Of a stretch of DNA of 46,168 nt, positions 34,292 through 46,168 are shown in pieces. The stretch is from Octopus bimaculoides. Lineage: Eukaryota. Position 1 is the first letter of the stretch. Each line of letters starts with the position of its first letter. The notes under the pieces are model-generated. The model saw nothing but the letters and a program-made list of their open reading frames with translations, had not been told where the DNA came from and searched no databases. The position numbers and the translations under genes were made by a program. The DNA lies in the NCBI RefSeq assembly GCF_001194135.2, contig NC_068982.1, positions 69,375,353-69,421,520 of the forward strand, given 5' to 3'.

Positions 34292-34800
34292 CTTTTATCT
34301 TATTTATTTTTTTATGCACTTTAACCATGCAGCTACTGTCATGCTGGAGCATCACCGTGATGTTTTTTGTTTTTTTTTACTTTTTCTACAGCTTTCTTAT
34401 TTGTTTGATTTCTTTTGGGCCGTTGGATTTCATATCACCATTCCTGCATGTGCTTTTACTCTGGTTGTTGGCCCGTTTGGTAATGAGGGAGTTTGACACT
34501 AGTGCCCTCACTTGTACGTCATGACAGGACATTGGTTCATCTGGTATCGTGGATAGGAGAATGTCCAGTTCTTTTTTGAAGACATCCATATCCACGTTGT
34601 GTAGGTGTCTTAAATCTTTTGGCAGAGCATTGAAGAGCTGTGAGCCTTTCAACCACAGATTATTGCTGTACCTGGTCCTCACTATAGATGGAGCGGATGG
34701 TACCACTGATACTACGCAATGGGTACTTGTATAACACATGATGCCAAAATTATGAACTGGCTCCGTTAGAATTTTCCATATATAGATTATTACATATATC
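34292..34800 (-). pseudogene. CR1-like LINE 3' end
   Basis: IIYIWKIL...NFGI...HCVV...RTRYSNNLWLKGSQLFNALPKDLR.L..VDMDVFKKELDILLSTIPDEP...SNSL is the invertebrate CR1-type C-terminus; 3' region ends gctccagcatg...A-rich. Confidence 0.8.
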
Positions 34801-34847
34801 TTATTACATACACACACTTGCACAAATAAACGCATACGCAAATAAAC

Positions 34848-34898
<51 letters not shown>

Positions 34899-34943
34899 CA
34901 CACACAGTGCGGCAAAAAGACTTACCAGATTCACCATTTTTAT

Positions 34944-35366
34944 ATAGTAATATCCACTGGCAACAAGGCGGCGAGCTGGCAGAAACATTAGCACGCCGGG
35001 TGAAATGCTTATTTCGTGGTATTTCGTCTGTCTTTACGTTCTGAGTTCAAATTCCGCCAAGATCGACTTTGCCTTTCATTCTTTCGGGGTCGATAAATTA
35101 AGTACCAGTTGCGGGGGTCGATCTAATCGATTGGCCCCTTCCCTATAACTTTCGGTCCTTGTGCTTAGAATAGAAAAGAATATCCACTGGCAACCGCTTG
35201 CTAAGACAAAATACGCCGTTGCTGATATAGTGAAACAGTGATGTAGTGATTCACTAATGTCGCAGTTAGCCGCCTGGTTAATTCCGACACCCCTGAATCA
35301 GTGTTTTACAATATCAGTAACGGTGGATTTTGTCTTAGCATTGCGGTTGCCGTGGATACTTGCTAT
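34944..35366. mobile_element. About 190-bp near-perfect hairpin element interrupted at its left tip by a SINE
   Basis: 35181-35242 is an inverted repeat of 35298-35358; inner stems tgattca/tgaatca and tgtcg/cgaca continue the fold. Confidence 0.8.
34965..35178 (+). mobile_element. SINE family 2, full length with perfect 16-bp TSD
   Basis: aatatccactggcaac at 34949-34964 and 35179-35194; A-box tggcagaaac, B-box gagttcaaatt. Confidence 0.95.
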
Positions 35367-35683
35367 TAAGGAAACCCAAGAGACAGAAACGTAAATTTAG
35401 GAATGCCATTCTCACTACTGGACTATTTTTGTCTGCTACTGATATAGTTCTGTGTTTTCGTTTTTTTTAATATTGTAGGTCTAAAGTGATACTATGTCAG
35501 AATGAGAATGGGCTTTCAGTAGTGTGTTTGTATTAAGTAAGATACATAGATTACTACTTTAAACTAATTTTGCTTCTATCACACATAACGAATACATACA
35601 TACATATATATGTGTGTGCGTGTATACACATACATACATACATATATACATACATACATACATACATACATACATACATACAT

Positions 35684-36008
35684 GTTGTTGTTGTTGTTGC
35701 TGCTGCTGGCACTCCGTCGCTTACGACGTCAAGGGTTCCAGTTGATCCGATCAACGGAACAACCTGCTCATGAAATTAACGTGCAAGTGGTTGAGCACTC
35801 CACAGACACATGTACCCTTAATGTAGTTTTTGGGGATATTCAGCGTGACACAGTGTTACAAGGCTGACCTTTTGAATTACAGGTACAACAGAAACAGGAA
35901 GTAAGAGTGAGAGAAATTTGTGGTGGAAGAGTACAGCAGGGTTCGCCACCATCCCCTGCCGGAGCGTCATGGAGCTTTAGGTGTTTTCGCTCAATAAACA
36001 CTCAGAAC
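35684..36008 (-). mobile_element. SINE family 3b with (CAG/CAA)n tail, head lost in the gap
   Basis: Reverse-complement match to about 22615-22915. Confidence 0.9.
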
Positions 36009-36784
36009 NNNNNNNNNNNNNNNNNNNNNNNNNNNNNNNNNNNNNNNNNNNNNNNNNNNNNNNNNNNNNNNNNNNNNNNNNNNNNNNNNNNNNNNNNNNN
36101 NNNNNNNNNNNNNNNNNNNNNNNNNNNNNNNNNNNNNNNNNNNNNNNNNNNNNNNNNNNNNNNNNNNNNNNNNNNNNNNNNNNNNNNNNNNNNNNNNNNN
36201 NNNNNNNNNNNNNNNNNNNNNNNNNNNNNNNNNNNNNNNNNNNNNNNNNNNNNNNNNNNNNNNNNNNNNNNNNNNNNNNNNNNNNNNNNNNNNNNNNNNN
36301 NNNNNNNNNNNNNNNNNNNNNNNNNNNNNNNNNNNNNNNNNNNNNNNNNNNNNNNNNNNNNNNNNNNNNNNNNNNNNNNNNNNNNNNNNNNNNNNNNNNN
36401 NNNNNNNNNNNNNNNNNNNNNNNNNNNNNNNNNNNNNNNNNNNNNNNNNNNNNNNNNNNNNNNNNNNNNNNNNNNNNNNNNNNNNNNNNNNNNNNNNNNN
36501 NNNNNNNNNNNNNNNNNNNNNNNNNNNNNNNNNNNNNNNNNNNNNNNNNNNNNNNNNNNNNNNNNNNNNNNNNNNNNNNNNNNNNNNNNNNNNNNNNNNN
36601 NNNNNNNNNNNNNNNNNNNNNNNNNNNNNNNNNNNNNNNNNNNNNNNNNNNNNNNNNNTGTGTGTGTGCATATACGATTGCATTGGTACTTAGGTATTAT
36701 ACACATATGTGCACTTAATGCACATGCATACCCATACACAAATATATACACACATATACACATACATACATATACACACATACA

Positions 36785-36816
<32 letters not shown>

Positions 36817-36946
36817 GCTCCTTACATACACACTTACACACTCACTTACTCACACACACACACACACACATATACAAATATACATATAGACACAGATGTA
36901 TACATACATATATACATAAATAAATTTACACAAACACATACACACA

Positions 36947-36977
<31 letters not shown>

Positions 36978-37105
36978 TGCTCCTTACATACACACTTACA
37001 CACTCACTTACTCACACACACACACACACACACATATACAGATATACATATAGACACAGATATATACATACATATATACATAAATAAATTTACACAAACA
37101 CATAC
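36817..37105 (+). repeat. Tandem duplication with about 162-bp period inside a CA/TACA tract
   Basis: gctccttacatacacacttac...aaataaatttacacaaacacatac at 36817-36941 and 36979-37105. Confidence 0.9.
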
Positions 37106-37499
37106 AGCTAAACAAAGCTAGCCAAACCAAACATAAATAATATGACTAACGTAAATATACTACACACATATATCTACAGATATTTAAAGTGATACATCAC
37201 TCTTTAGAACAGCACTAAATTAGAAACATTTAAATATGTTGCATATTTTATATACTCCATATATGAGACATATTTCAACTTTGCTACTATGGAACATATT
37301 ACTATGTTTATATTATTATACATTATTATTATTGTTATTATCATACAGAAACAAATGCTTCCTCGTATTTATTGCTTTATATATACAGAGTTTAGCAGGT
37401 TTATTACTTTATATATATTCACCAAACATAGCTTATTGTATATACTATGTACATTGTTCTTGGAAAAATATATTAATTACAAAGTTTATATTGCATTAC

Positions 37500-37793
37500 A
37501 GTATATTAAATATACATATATATATATGTTATATATATATAAACACAGAAACGCACACGCATATACATATATGCGTGTATGTGTGTGTGTATGTGCGTGT
37601 GTAATCATATGTACGTATGAATATATGCAATATATACATGTGTGTATATGTGTATGTATATATGTGTGTATGTGTTTATATACAAACACACACACACACA
37701 CACACATATATATTATATGCTGCTGTTGCATATGTCTACACAATACACAATACATACATACTCACAGATATATATTTATACATATGCATATTT

Positions 37794-37850
<57 letters not shown>

Positions 37851-37912
37851 CGTATGTATGTATTAATATATAGACACACGCATACATACATATATACATG
37901 TGTGTGTGTATG

Positions 37913-37946
<34 letters not shown>

Positions 37947-38081
37947 TGTTTGCACGTATGTATAGAGTTATGTATTTGTATACACGGGTTAACAGTAACT
38001 TCAGGATTCACCTGTGGCTTATTCAAACTGCATGAATAAACCAGGAGACAGGTTAGACTTAAAATCACATTCGACCACTAC

Positions 38082-38110
<29 letters not shown>
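37500..38110. repeat. Compound TA/TG/CA/TATG microsatellite field
   Basis: Direct reading. Confidence 0.9.
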
Positions 38111-38114
<4 letters not shown>

Positions 38115-38317
38115 ATACATTTAATATATTTGACTTTGCTTTTCGCATACACTATATATAATATATTTCACTTTACTGCGTGTATTGAATCGTAACATCA
38201 CTCCTGAATTTCCATATGTTGATTGTTATATATGAGTTACCAATCCTAAGAATTAAATATACAGGTAGAGAGAGCGGGGATGGAGGTTAGACTTAGGGAG
38301 CGAGAGAGGTAAGGGTA

Positions 38318-38395
38318 AAAGTCTTTTACTATTGTTTCGTGCTAGCCAAAGGGAATTTGGAAGACGGGATCTGTGTGAAAGACCATCATATATAC
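38318..38395 (+). mobile_element. Degraded family-1 SINE mid-section
   Basis: gtcttttactattgtttcgtgctagccaaag...tttggaagacggga corresponds to gtcttctactatagcctcgggccgaccaaag...tttggtagacggaa. Confidence 0.55.
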
Positions 38396-38471
38396 ATATA
38401 TACATATACATATGTAGATGTGTATAAACATACATACATACATACATACTTACATACATACATATTTATAT

Positions 38472-38686
38472 ATATATATAATTTAGAGAAAAAAAATCAC
38501 AATTCTTGAATTCATCCATGAAAATCCACAATCCCATATCATTTTATTATTTTAATATTTATTACTTTGTATTTTAATCATAGATCTTTTTAATGTATTT
38601 ACTTATTAAATTTTTCTATATGTGACTGTGGATTTTCATGAATGAATTCAAGAATTGTCTTTTTTTTTCTCTAAATTATATATTTA
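38472..38686. mobile_element. AT-rich foldback MITE with about 65-bp arms in a (TA)n context
   Basis: aatttagagaaaaaaaatcacaattcttgaattcatccatgaaaatccacaatcccatat (about 38480-38539) has a near-perfect inverted copy at about 38618-38678. Confidence 0.85.
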
Positions 38687-38823
38687 TATATTATATATTG
38701 TGAAATTTAATTTAATTTTAATTTTGATAAATTAAATTAAATTGAATTTTTACCTGTAAATTTAGATTTTTATCCCTAATNNNNNNNNNNNNNNNNNNNN
38801 NNNNNNNNNNNNNNNNNNNNNNN

Positions 38824-38907
<84 letters not shown>

Positions 38908-39309
38908 CCAGAGAATCATGCAGCCATCCCAGTAAGCTCTCTGTTCGGGGCCGGTTATCAGCTTTCGTAGTCATCAATAACAATGTAGTGTAATTTAACC
39001 GTGTAACTGAAAACCCAAGAAGTCCAAGCATATCTAATATGCTCGGAGAGGAGTAAGTAAAACAAGAAGTCAGGGGATGTGAGATGAATTCATATGGAAA
39101 AATAAATATATATTCACCTCTCATACCCCCTGACTTTTTAACCCGATATTTACACGCTATTATTTATAATATATCTGCTTCAAGATCCAACGTTCCAAAA
39201 ACGAATTATTACAAACGTAAATTTTTTCATTTATTTGTAAAAATGTTTATTAAATGCACGAAAGTCAATGTCTCATTTTGTAAATATTAAATATTTTATT
39301 GTTTCACAG

Positions 39310-39333
39310 GTGACGATTAACCGTGAGTTTTGT
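39310..39333 (+). other. Candidate 13- or 24-nt microexon
   Basis: ttttattgtttcacag|GTGACGATTAACC|gtgagt (39323), or extending to ...TTTTGT|gtaagt (39334). Confidence 0.3.
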
Positions 39334-39357
39334 GTAAGTGATATTTAATCTACTGAG

Positions 39358-39579
39358 AAGGCGACGAGCCGGCAGAATCGTTATCATAGCAGTCAAAATG
39401 CTTAGCAGCATTTTTATGACTTTTCTTCCTGGGTTCAAATGCTGCAAGGAGTCGACTTTGCCTTTCATTCTTTCGGAATCGATAAAATTAGTACAAGTTG
39501 AGTACTGAGGTCAATGTAATTGACTTGGTCCTCTACCCCGAAGTTACTGGCCTTGTGCCAACATTTGAGACTGATATTA
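39358..39579 (+). mobile_element. SINE family 2 (older)
   Basis: aaggcgacgagccggcagaatcgtta...gggttcaaat...ccttgtgccaac. Confidence 0.85.
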
Positions 39580-39667
39580 AACCTACTTAGTGTGACTAAG
39601 GCTCCAATATTCATGAAATATATTACAATGGAAACGAAATCATTGCTACCTTGATAGTATCATTTTC

Positions 39668-39877
39668 AAGGAGGCGAGCTGGCAGAAACGTTAGCACGTC
39701 GGGCGAACTGTTTTCGTCTGTCTTTACGTTCTGAGTTCAAATTCCGCTGAGGTCGACTTTGCCTTTCATCCTTTCGGGGACGATAAATTAAGTACCAGTT
39801 GCGTACTGTGATCAATCTAATCGACAAGCTCCTCTCCCAAAATTTCAGGCCTTGTGCCTAGAGTAGAAAAAAATATC
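39668..39877 (+). mobile_element. SINE family 2 (younger)
   Basis: aaggaggcgagctggcagaaacgttagcacg...ctgagttcaaattcc...ccttgtgcctagagtagaaaa. Confidence 0.92.
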
Positions 39878-40149
39878 AGTGATAAACCCTTGTACAACAC
39901 CAGGACTAGTCTCTGAGTTTCTATGATTAGTACCTTGTGATAGGTCGAATCAAGATGACCAGTAATCACCTGAAACAGTAGGTCTTACATCAGAGTGACC
40001 CTTTCCTAGATGGATGGTATGACAATAACTAGGAATACCTCACTCCCAGTCGTCTTATTGCAGGCGAGAGTATTTCTGCGTTTCCGCGCTCAGATGTGTT
40101 GTCATCAGCTATTCGAGTAAACCCATAGCTGAGACTCCGAGAAGTGCAA

Positions 40150-40315
40150 CTACTCCAGGTCAGAGTAGAGCTGAGAACAGTTGAAGCTAAAAGGTAGTTC
40201 CACACTTCTCAAAAACCTGGTGCTCCCAAACCAGAGCCTCTCGACGGCATGCAGCTTAAAGTCATTCCCAGAACATACACACTGCATACATACATGTGCG
40301 CGCACGCACACACAC
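40150..40315 (-). mobile_element. Unclassified interspersed repeat (family F)
   Basis: Reverse complement aligns by eye with 23612-23738. Confidence 0.55.
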
Positions 40316-40499
40316 ACATATACACATATACACACATATATGTATATACACTGACTTGTTTATAATTGAATATGTGAAAGTTTCAGTTGGTGTGCATGAC
40401 TTAATTGGCTGAAACTTCGAAGTCACCATCAACAACATTCGTGTTTATGAATAATAAATTTGTGCTCTACAAAAGTATAGAGTAAATTAATGTAAAATT

Positions 40500-42489
40500 A
40501 TTTTTATTGTGACTGAACATATATATATATATATATATATACATACACACACACATATACATATACATATAAATATACATATGTATATTATATATACATA
40601 TATATATATTATATATACATATAAACACATACATATATATTATATATATATACATATATATATATACATATATATACATATATACATATATATATATNNN
40701 NNNNNNNNNNNNNNNNNNNNNNNNNNNNNNNNNNNNNNNNNNNNNNNNNNNNNNNNNNNNNNNNNNNNNNNNNNNNNNNNNNNNNNNNNNNNNNNNNNNN
40801 NNNNNNNNNNNNNNNNNNNNNNNNNNNNNNNNNNNNNNNNNNNNNNNNNNNNNNNNNNNNNNNNNNNNNNNNNNNNNNNNNNNNNNNNNNNNNNNNNNNN
40901 NNNNNNNNNNNNNNNNNNNNNNNNNNNNNNNNNNNNNNNNNNNNNNNNNNNNNNNNNNNNNNNNNNNNNNNNNNNNNNNNNNNNNNNNNNNNNNNNNNNN
41001 NNNNNNNNNNNNNNNNNNNNNNNNNNNNNNNNNNNNNNNNNNNNNNNNNNNNNNNNNNNNNNNNNNNNNNNNNNNNNNNNNNNNNNNNNNNNNNNNNNNN
41101 NNNNNNNNNNNNNNNNNNNNNNNNNNNNNNNNNNNNNNNNNNNNNNNNNNNNNNNNNNNNNNNNNNNNNNNNNNNNNNNNNNNNNNNNNNNNNNNNNNNN
41201 NNNNNNNNNNNNNNNNNNNNNNNNNNNNNNNNNNNNNNNNNNNNNNNNNNNNNNNNNNNNNNNNNNNNNNNNNNNNNNNNNNNNNNNNNNNNNNNNNNNN
41301 NNNNNNNNNNNNNNNNNNNNNNNNNNNNNNNNNNNNNNNNNNNNNNNNNNNNNNNNNNNNNNNNNNNNNNNNNNNNNNNNNNNNNNNNNNNNNNNNNNNN
41401 NNNNNNNNNNNNNNNNNNNNNNNNNNNNNNNNNNNNNNNNNNNNNNNNNNNNNNNNNNNNNNNNNNNNNNNNNNNNNNNNNNNNNNNNNNNNNNNNNNNN
41501 NNNNNNNNNNNNNNNNNNNNNNNNNNNNNNNNNNNNNNNNNNNNNNNATATATATATATATATATAATTGTCGCCACACCTTCATTAACATTTGTCTACT
41601 TGATTTTATGGGTATATAAACTGATATATATGGAAAGTACATACGTTGAGAATTACGGAAACATGTGTGCAAATACACTGACATACATATATACATACAT
41701 GCATATATACATACATATGTGTGTGTGTGATTGTCTGTATATACATACATACATACACACATACATACATATATATGTGTGTGTGTGTGTGTGTGTGCGT
41801 ATGTGTGTGTGTGTGTGTGTGCGTATGTGTGTGTGTGTGTGTGTGTGTATAAAGAGAGAGAGGAGGAAGAGAAAGAGGCATGGATATGAATAGATGTTCA
41901 GCTATAGATGGTTTTATACTCATATATGTATATGCATATATATATGTAAATGCATATATATATACATTCATATATATACATATATATATACATATATATG
42001 TATGTGTGTATATATAAATTATATATATATATACATATTTATGTATGTGAATATATATATTACAAATATATATATATATATATGTAATATATATAATATA
42101 CATACATACATATATATATAAATATATATACATATACATATACATATATATATATATGCGCGCGCGTGTGTGTGTGTGTATGTATGTATGTATGTATGTA
42201 TATATGTATATATATATATAAAGGTGTGTGCGCGCCGCGAGTGTTGTGCAACTTTAGAAATATACTGATGTGAATTTCTCCTTCGTTCCCTCACTGTGTC
42301 TCCAAATATATAGACATATATACATAAAAATATATGTGTTTCTGTGTGTATATCGAGGGCGAAGGAGAATGAAAAACACATACGTATATATATATATCTC
42401 ACGCGCGGGCGCATTCATGTATACAGATATATATGCATATATATTTATATAATATATAATGTATATACTTGGGCACGCACACATTCATC

Positions 42490-42540
<51 letters not shown>

Positions 42541-42560
42541 ACACACACATACACACACAC
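40500..42560. repeat. TA/CA/TG microsatellite field containing an 850-nt gap
   Basis: Direct reading. Confidence 0.85.
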
Positions 42561-42917
42561 ATAGTCACCCGCGCTTACACAATGTGCAGCAGGGAACCGC
42601 ATAACTATACAAACACAAAGGAAAAATCAAAAAGCCGAGCAGAAAAACAAAATAACCTTCTCCCATAAATATGGTACACAGGTTACACTAGACACATCAA
42701 AGAAACAGACTCTTCAAAAACAGCGCCGCTCAGCCTCAAAATTGCGGCCCTGATGTGACCACGTTTTCGACACCATGAGATGAGCAGATGGTCTCTATGA
42801 ATTCCTGACACTACGCACATGATTGGATCTAGCGTGAAACATAGAAGTTTGAAGAATCGTTGAACCGCCTATTGATCTCTCTCTGTCAAGCAACATCTCA
42901 GATATGGCGGTACAGTG

Positions 42918-43087
42918 CAGTGGCGTAGCTAGTTTGCGCTGTCGGGGCAGCTTTTCATTTTCGACTCCTCTCCTCTTATACAGCAGAACCCCTAAAGTGC
43001 AGTTCCTATAAAAGCGTCGCTTGGGTCGAAGCAGCCGTCATTCCTCTCACCGGAGGTTTCAAATTAGAAAAGCTATGACGCCCTATG
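42918..43087. mobile_element. Possible degraded hAT-like MITE
   Basis: Left end cagtggcgtagctag; right end agctatgacgccctatg is only a loose inverse; no TSD found. Confidence 0.3.
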
Positions 43088-43801
43088 GAACACGATCGTA
43101 AAAAAATTCTCAGCCAAACATCCGCGGGTCTCAAGAGCCGAATAGGAAGGACCAGGGTTCTACCGGGACAACAATCACCATCAGGCTAGAAGAACCCTTA
43201 ATCTAAGGCATGACAACTGCGTTCATGACAACCCTTGGGACCTATAGGAAAGGAAACGGTGTCATATGGGACTCCTTACTCACGACACCACAAGGACGAG
43301 GGGAAATTAGGGGTGCTTCATGATGAGTACATCGGTAGCAGGGTGCACGGCCACCCGTCGATCCTCATGCTCACCCCAGTGATATATTCGTGGGCTTGTG
43401 TATCTGTGCATGCTTGTGTGTGTGTGTGTCTGTGTTTACACACATATACACAAAACGTTGTATAAAAATTCATGAAGTATGTATTTCAATATACTGCATA
43501 TATATACTTATAAGTATGTGTGTGTGCGTGTATACATATGCATATAGATATACATATGCATGCACACACATGCTCGTAAATATATATGGCGTTTGAATTT
43601 TAAACACCATTTGTTTTCCTTTGTTATACCTATACCAAAACAAGGGCCCACTGGTGAGTCGGACCTACGGTTATAAATTTGATTTGATACTTTCATATTT
43701 ACGACATACTGCCAACACTTGAGCTCTTCAGAGCTGCTTATTTCGCAGTGAACTTAGTAATCTTACGTAGCAATTTCTGGTGTCCTAAGAATATTCATGA
43801 G

Positions 43802-43872
<71 letters not shown>

Positions 43873-44025
43873 NNNNNNNNNNNNNNNNNNNNNNNNNNNN
43901 NNNNNNNNNNNNNNNNNNNNNNNNNNNNNNNNNNNNNNNNNNNNNNNNNNNNNNNNNNNNNNNNNNNNNNNNNNNNNNNNNNNNNNNNNNNNNNNNNNNN
44001 NNNNNNNNNNACATACATACATACA

Positions 44026-44057
<32 letters not shown>

Positions 44058-44269
44058 AATCATAAATACATATATATTTTATGTCGTTTCTCCTTGATTT
44101 TCCTTTGGCCCCCAAAAACCAACAAATTCCAAGAGGTGGTGTCCTGACATATAGCGTTTTTTTTTTTTCAGTAATTCCTAATCTTCCTTATATTCATTAT
44201 ATTGCCTATAAATATATTAATACAATGAAATATATAAAATATAATAATGAGTAATGTTCATTCACACAC

Positions 44270-44302
44270 TCATATATACATTATATGTACACACACACAC
44301 AG

Positions 44303-44345
<43 letters not shown>

Positions 44346-44673
44346 AACACAAACATACAAACCCATATATGTATATAAACACATTGGGAGATAGATAGAT
44401 AGATAGATAGAAATATTCATATATATATTCATATATATATTTGTTGTTTGTGCATATATCTGTGCGTATATATCCTTGTTTGTCTGTGTGTGGTGGTGGT
44501 GGGGGGGAGTGTGTGTAAGATTAATGTATGTACAAATGTATATATGTATGTATATGTATGCATATATGCACAAACATGCATTTACATACACGTTTGTAAT
44601 TTATAGGGTTTCGGTATAAACACACACACACACACACACATACATATATATATCTATATCAATATATATGTAC

Positions 44674-44749
<76 letters not shown>

Positions 44750-45018
44750 NNNNNNNNNNNNNNNNNNNNNNNNNNNNNNNNNNNNNNNNNNNNNNNNNNN
44801 NNNNNNNNNNNNNNNNNNNNNNNNNNNNNNNNNNNNNNNNNNNNNNNNNNNNNNNNNNNNNNNNNNNNNNNNNNNNNNNNNNNNNNNNNNNNNNNNNNNN
44901 NNNNNNNNNNNNNNNNNNNNNNNNNNNNNNNNNNNNNNNNNNNNNNNNNNNNNNNNNNNNNNNNNNNNNNNNNNNNNNNNNNNNNNNNNNNNNNNNNNNN
45001 NNNNNNNNNNNNNNNNNN

Positions 45019-45060
<42 letters not shown>

Positions 45061-45300
45061 GTATTCGTATTGTCTCGCATACGCGTAATGCGATTCTATA
45101 TAAACACAATAAGGCATAGAAGTAGTGCGCGCCTGCGTGCTCGCAATCGTGCACGCACGCTTTATGCACGTCTCTAATTATCGTGTGCATATTAATATAT
45201 ATGCCTACATATATGCATATGTATATATACGAACATAGATATATAGTTATATATACATACGTATATAAATATATATATTCATATATATCTATATATACAT
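44270..45300. repeat. CA/TG/TA/GATA microsatellite field with gap
   Basis: Direct reading. Confidence 0.85.
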
Positions 45301-45307
45301 ATATATA

Positions 45308-45703
45308 GGCGCAGGAATGGCTGTGTCGTAAGCAGCTTGCTTACCAACCACATGGTTCCGGGTTCAGTCCCACCGCGTGGCACCTTAGGCAAGTGTCTTC
45401 TACTATAGCCTCGGGCCTTGTGAGTGGATTTGGTAGACGGAAACTTAAAGAAGACCGTCGTATATATATATATATGTGTGTGTGTATTGTTGTATATATG
45501 TGTTTCTCCCCCCCCCCCCTATCGCTTGACAAACGATGCTGGTGTGTTTATGTCCCTGTAACTTAGCTGTTCGGCAAAAGTGAACGATAGAATAAGTACT
45601 AGGCTTACAAAGAATAAGTTCTGGGGTCGATTTGTTCGACTAAAGGCGGTGCTCCAGCATGGCCGAAGCCAAATTACTGAAACAAGTAAAAGAATAAAAG
45701 AAT
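45308..45703 (+). mobile_element. SINE family 1, full-length reference copy
   Basis: tRNA-like head (tggctgtgtcg A-box, gggttcagtccc B-box), ccttaggcaagtg module, internal (TA)/(TG) tract, tail ending ggtgctccagcatgg...aagtaaaagaataaaagaat. Confidence 0.95.
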
Positions 45704-45779
45704 ACATATATACATATACATAAACACACACATATATATATGCATGTGTAGTGTATATATATATATATATATATACATA

Positions 45780-45813
<34 letters not shown>

Positions 45814-46127
45814 AATACACATATATAAACGTATATCTACATATGTGTATATGTGTGTGCGCGCGCACGTGTATATGTTTGTGCAAATACTAATTACACA
45901 GGTATATATAAAATAAATGAATATAAAAAATAAGTGTGTAAATATGTGCATATATGTGTGTCTTCTTCTCGGAGCGTGCGTCTGTATATGCATATGCGTG
46001 CGTGTATGTAGGTGTGTGCGTGTGTGCAAGACATTAGACGGATTATAATGTTATTAAATTTCAGTCTATAATCGATTGAATTTACAAAACCTATTGTAAT
46101 ACACACACACAAAACAGACTCATACGG

Positions 46128-46168
<41 letters not shown>

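Noticed and set aside
39067-39137. Hairpin aagtcagggg...cccctgactt as terminator or pre-miRNA
   Set aside because: Eukaryotic context rules out a bacterial-type terminator; imperfect stem and no expression evidence; more likely a small MITE remnant.
43645-43653. 9-nt plus-strand microexon (caag|GGCCCACTG|gtgagt)
   Set aside because: Acceptor is AAG preceded by an A-run (ccaaaacaag), a poor 3' splice site.

Overview
AT-rich, microsatellite-saturated metazoan DNA with 12 N-gaps (about 4.7 kb, nearly all flanked by (TA)n/(CA)n/(TACA)n, typical of a short-read assembly). I recognise the dominant tRNA-derived SINE families as octopus (coleoid cephalopod) repeats; this rests on recall, not a database search. 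I see no intact protein-coding gene, rRNA, true tRNA or CRISPR array, and almost all ORFs in the track are microsatellite or gap artefacts. The window is a transposon graveyard. It holds a Penelope-like RT remnant, two RLE-type (Dong/R4-like) LINE pieces, a HERO-like RLE 3' end with a 344-bp tandem duplication, two RTE-clade LINEs (one with a twin-priming-type 5' inversion) and a CR1-like 3' end. It also holds about 25 SINE copies from three modular families, piggyBac- and mariner-derived MITEs, and several foldback elements. A few strong splice-signal configurations (candidate microexons and AG|GT recursive sites) suggest, but do not prove, that the window lies inside a very large intron. Family names for the LINEs come from protein-motif recognition. 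Repeat boundaries are approximate unless a target-site duplication (TSD) is given.
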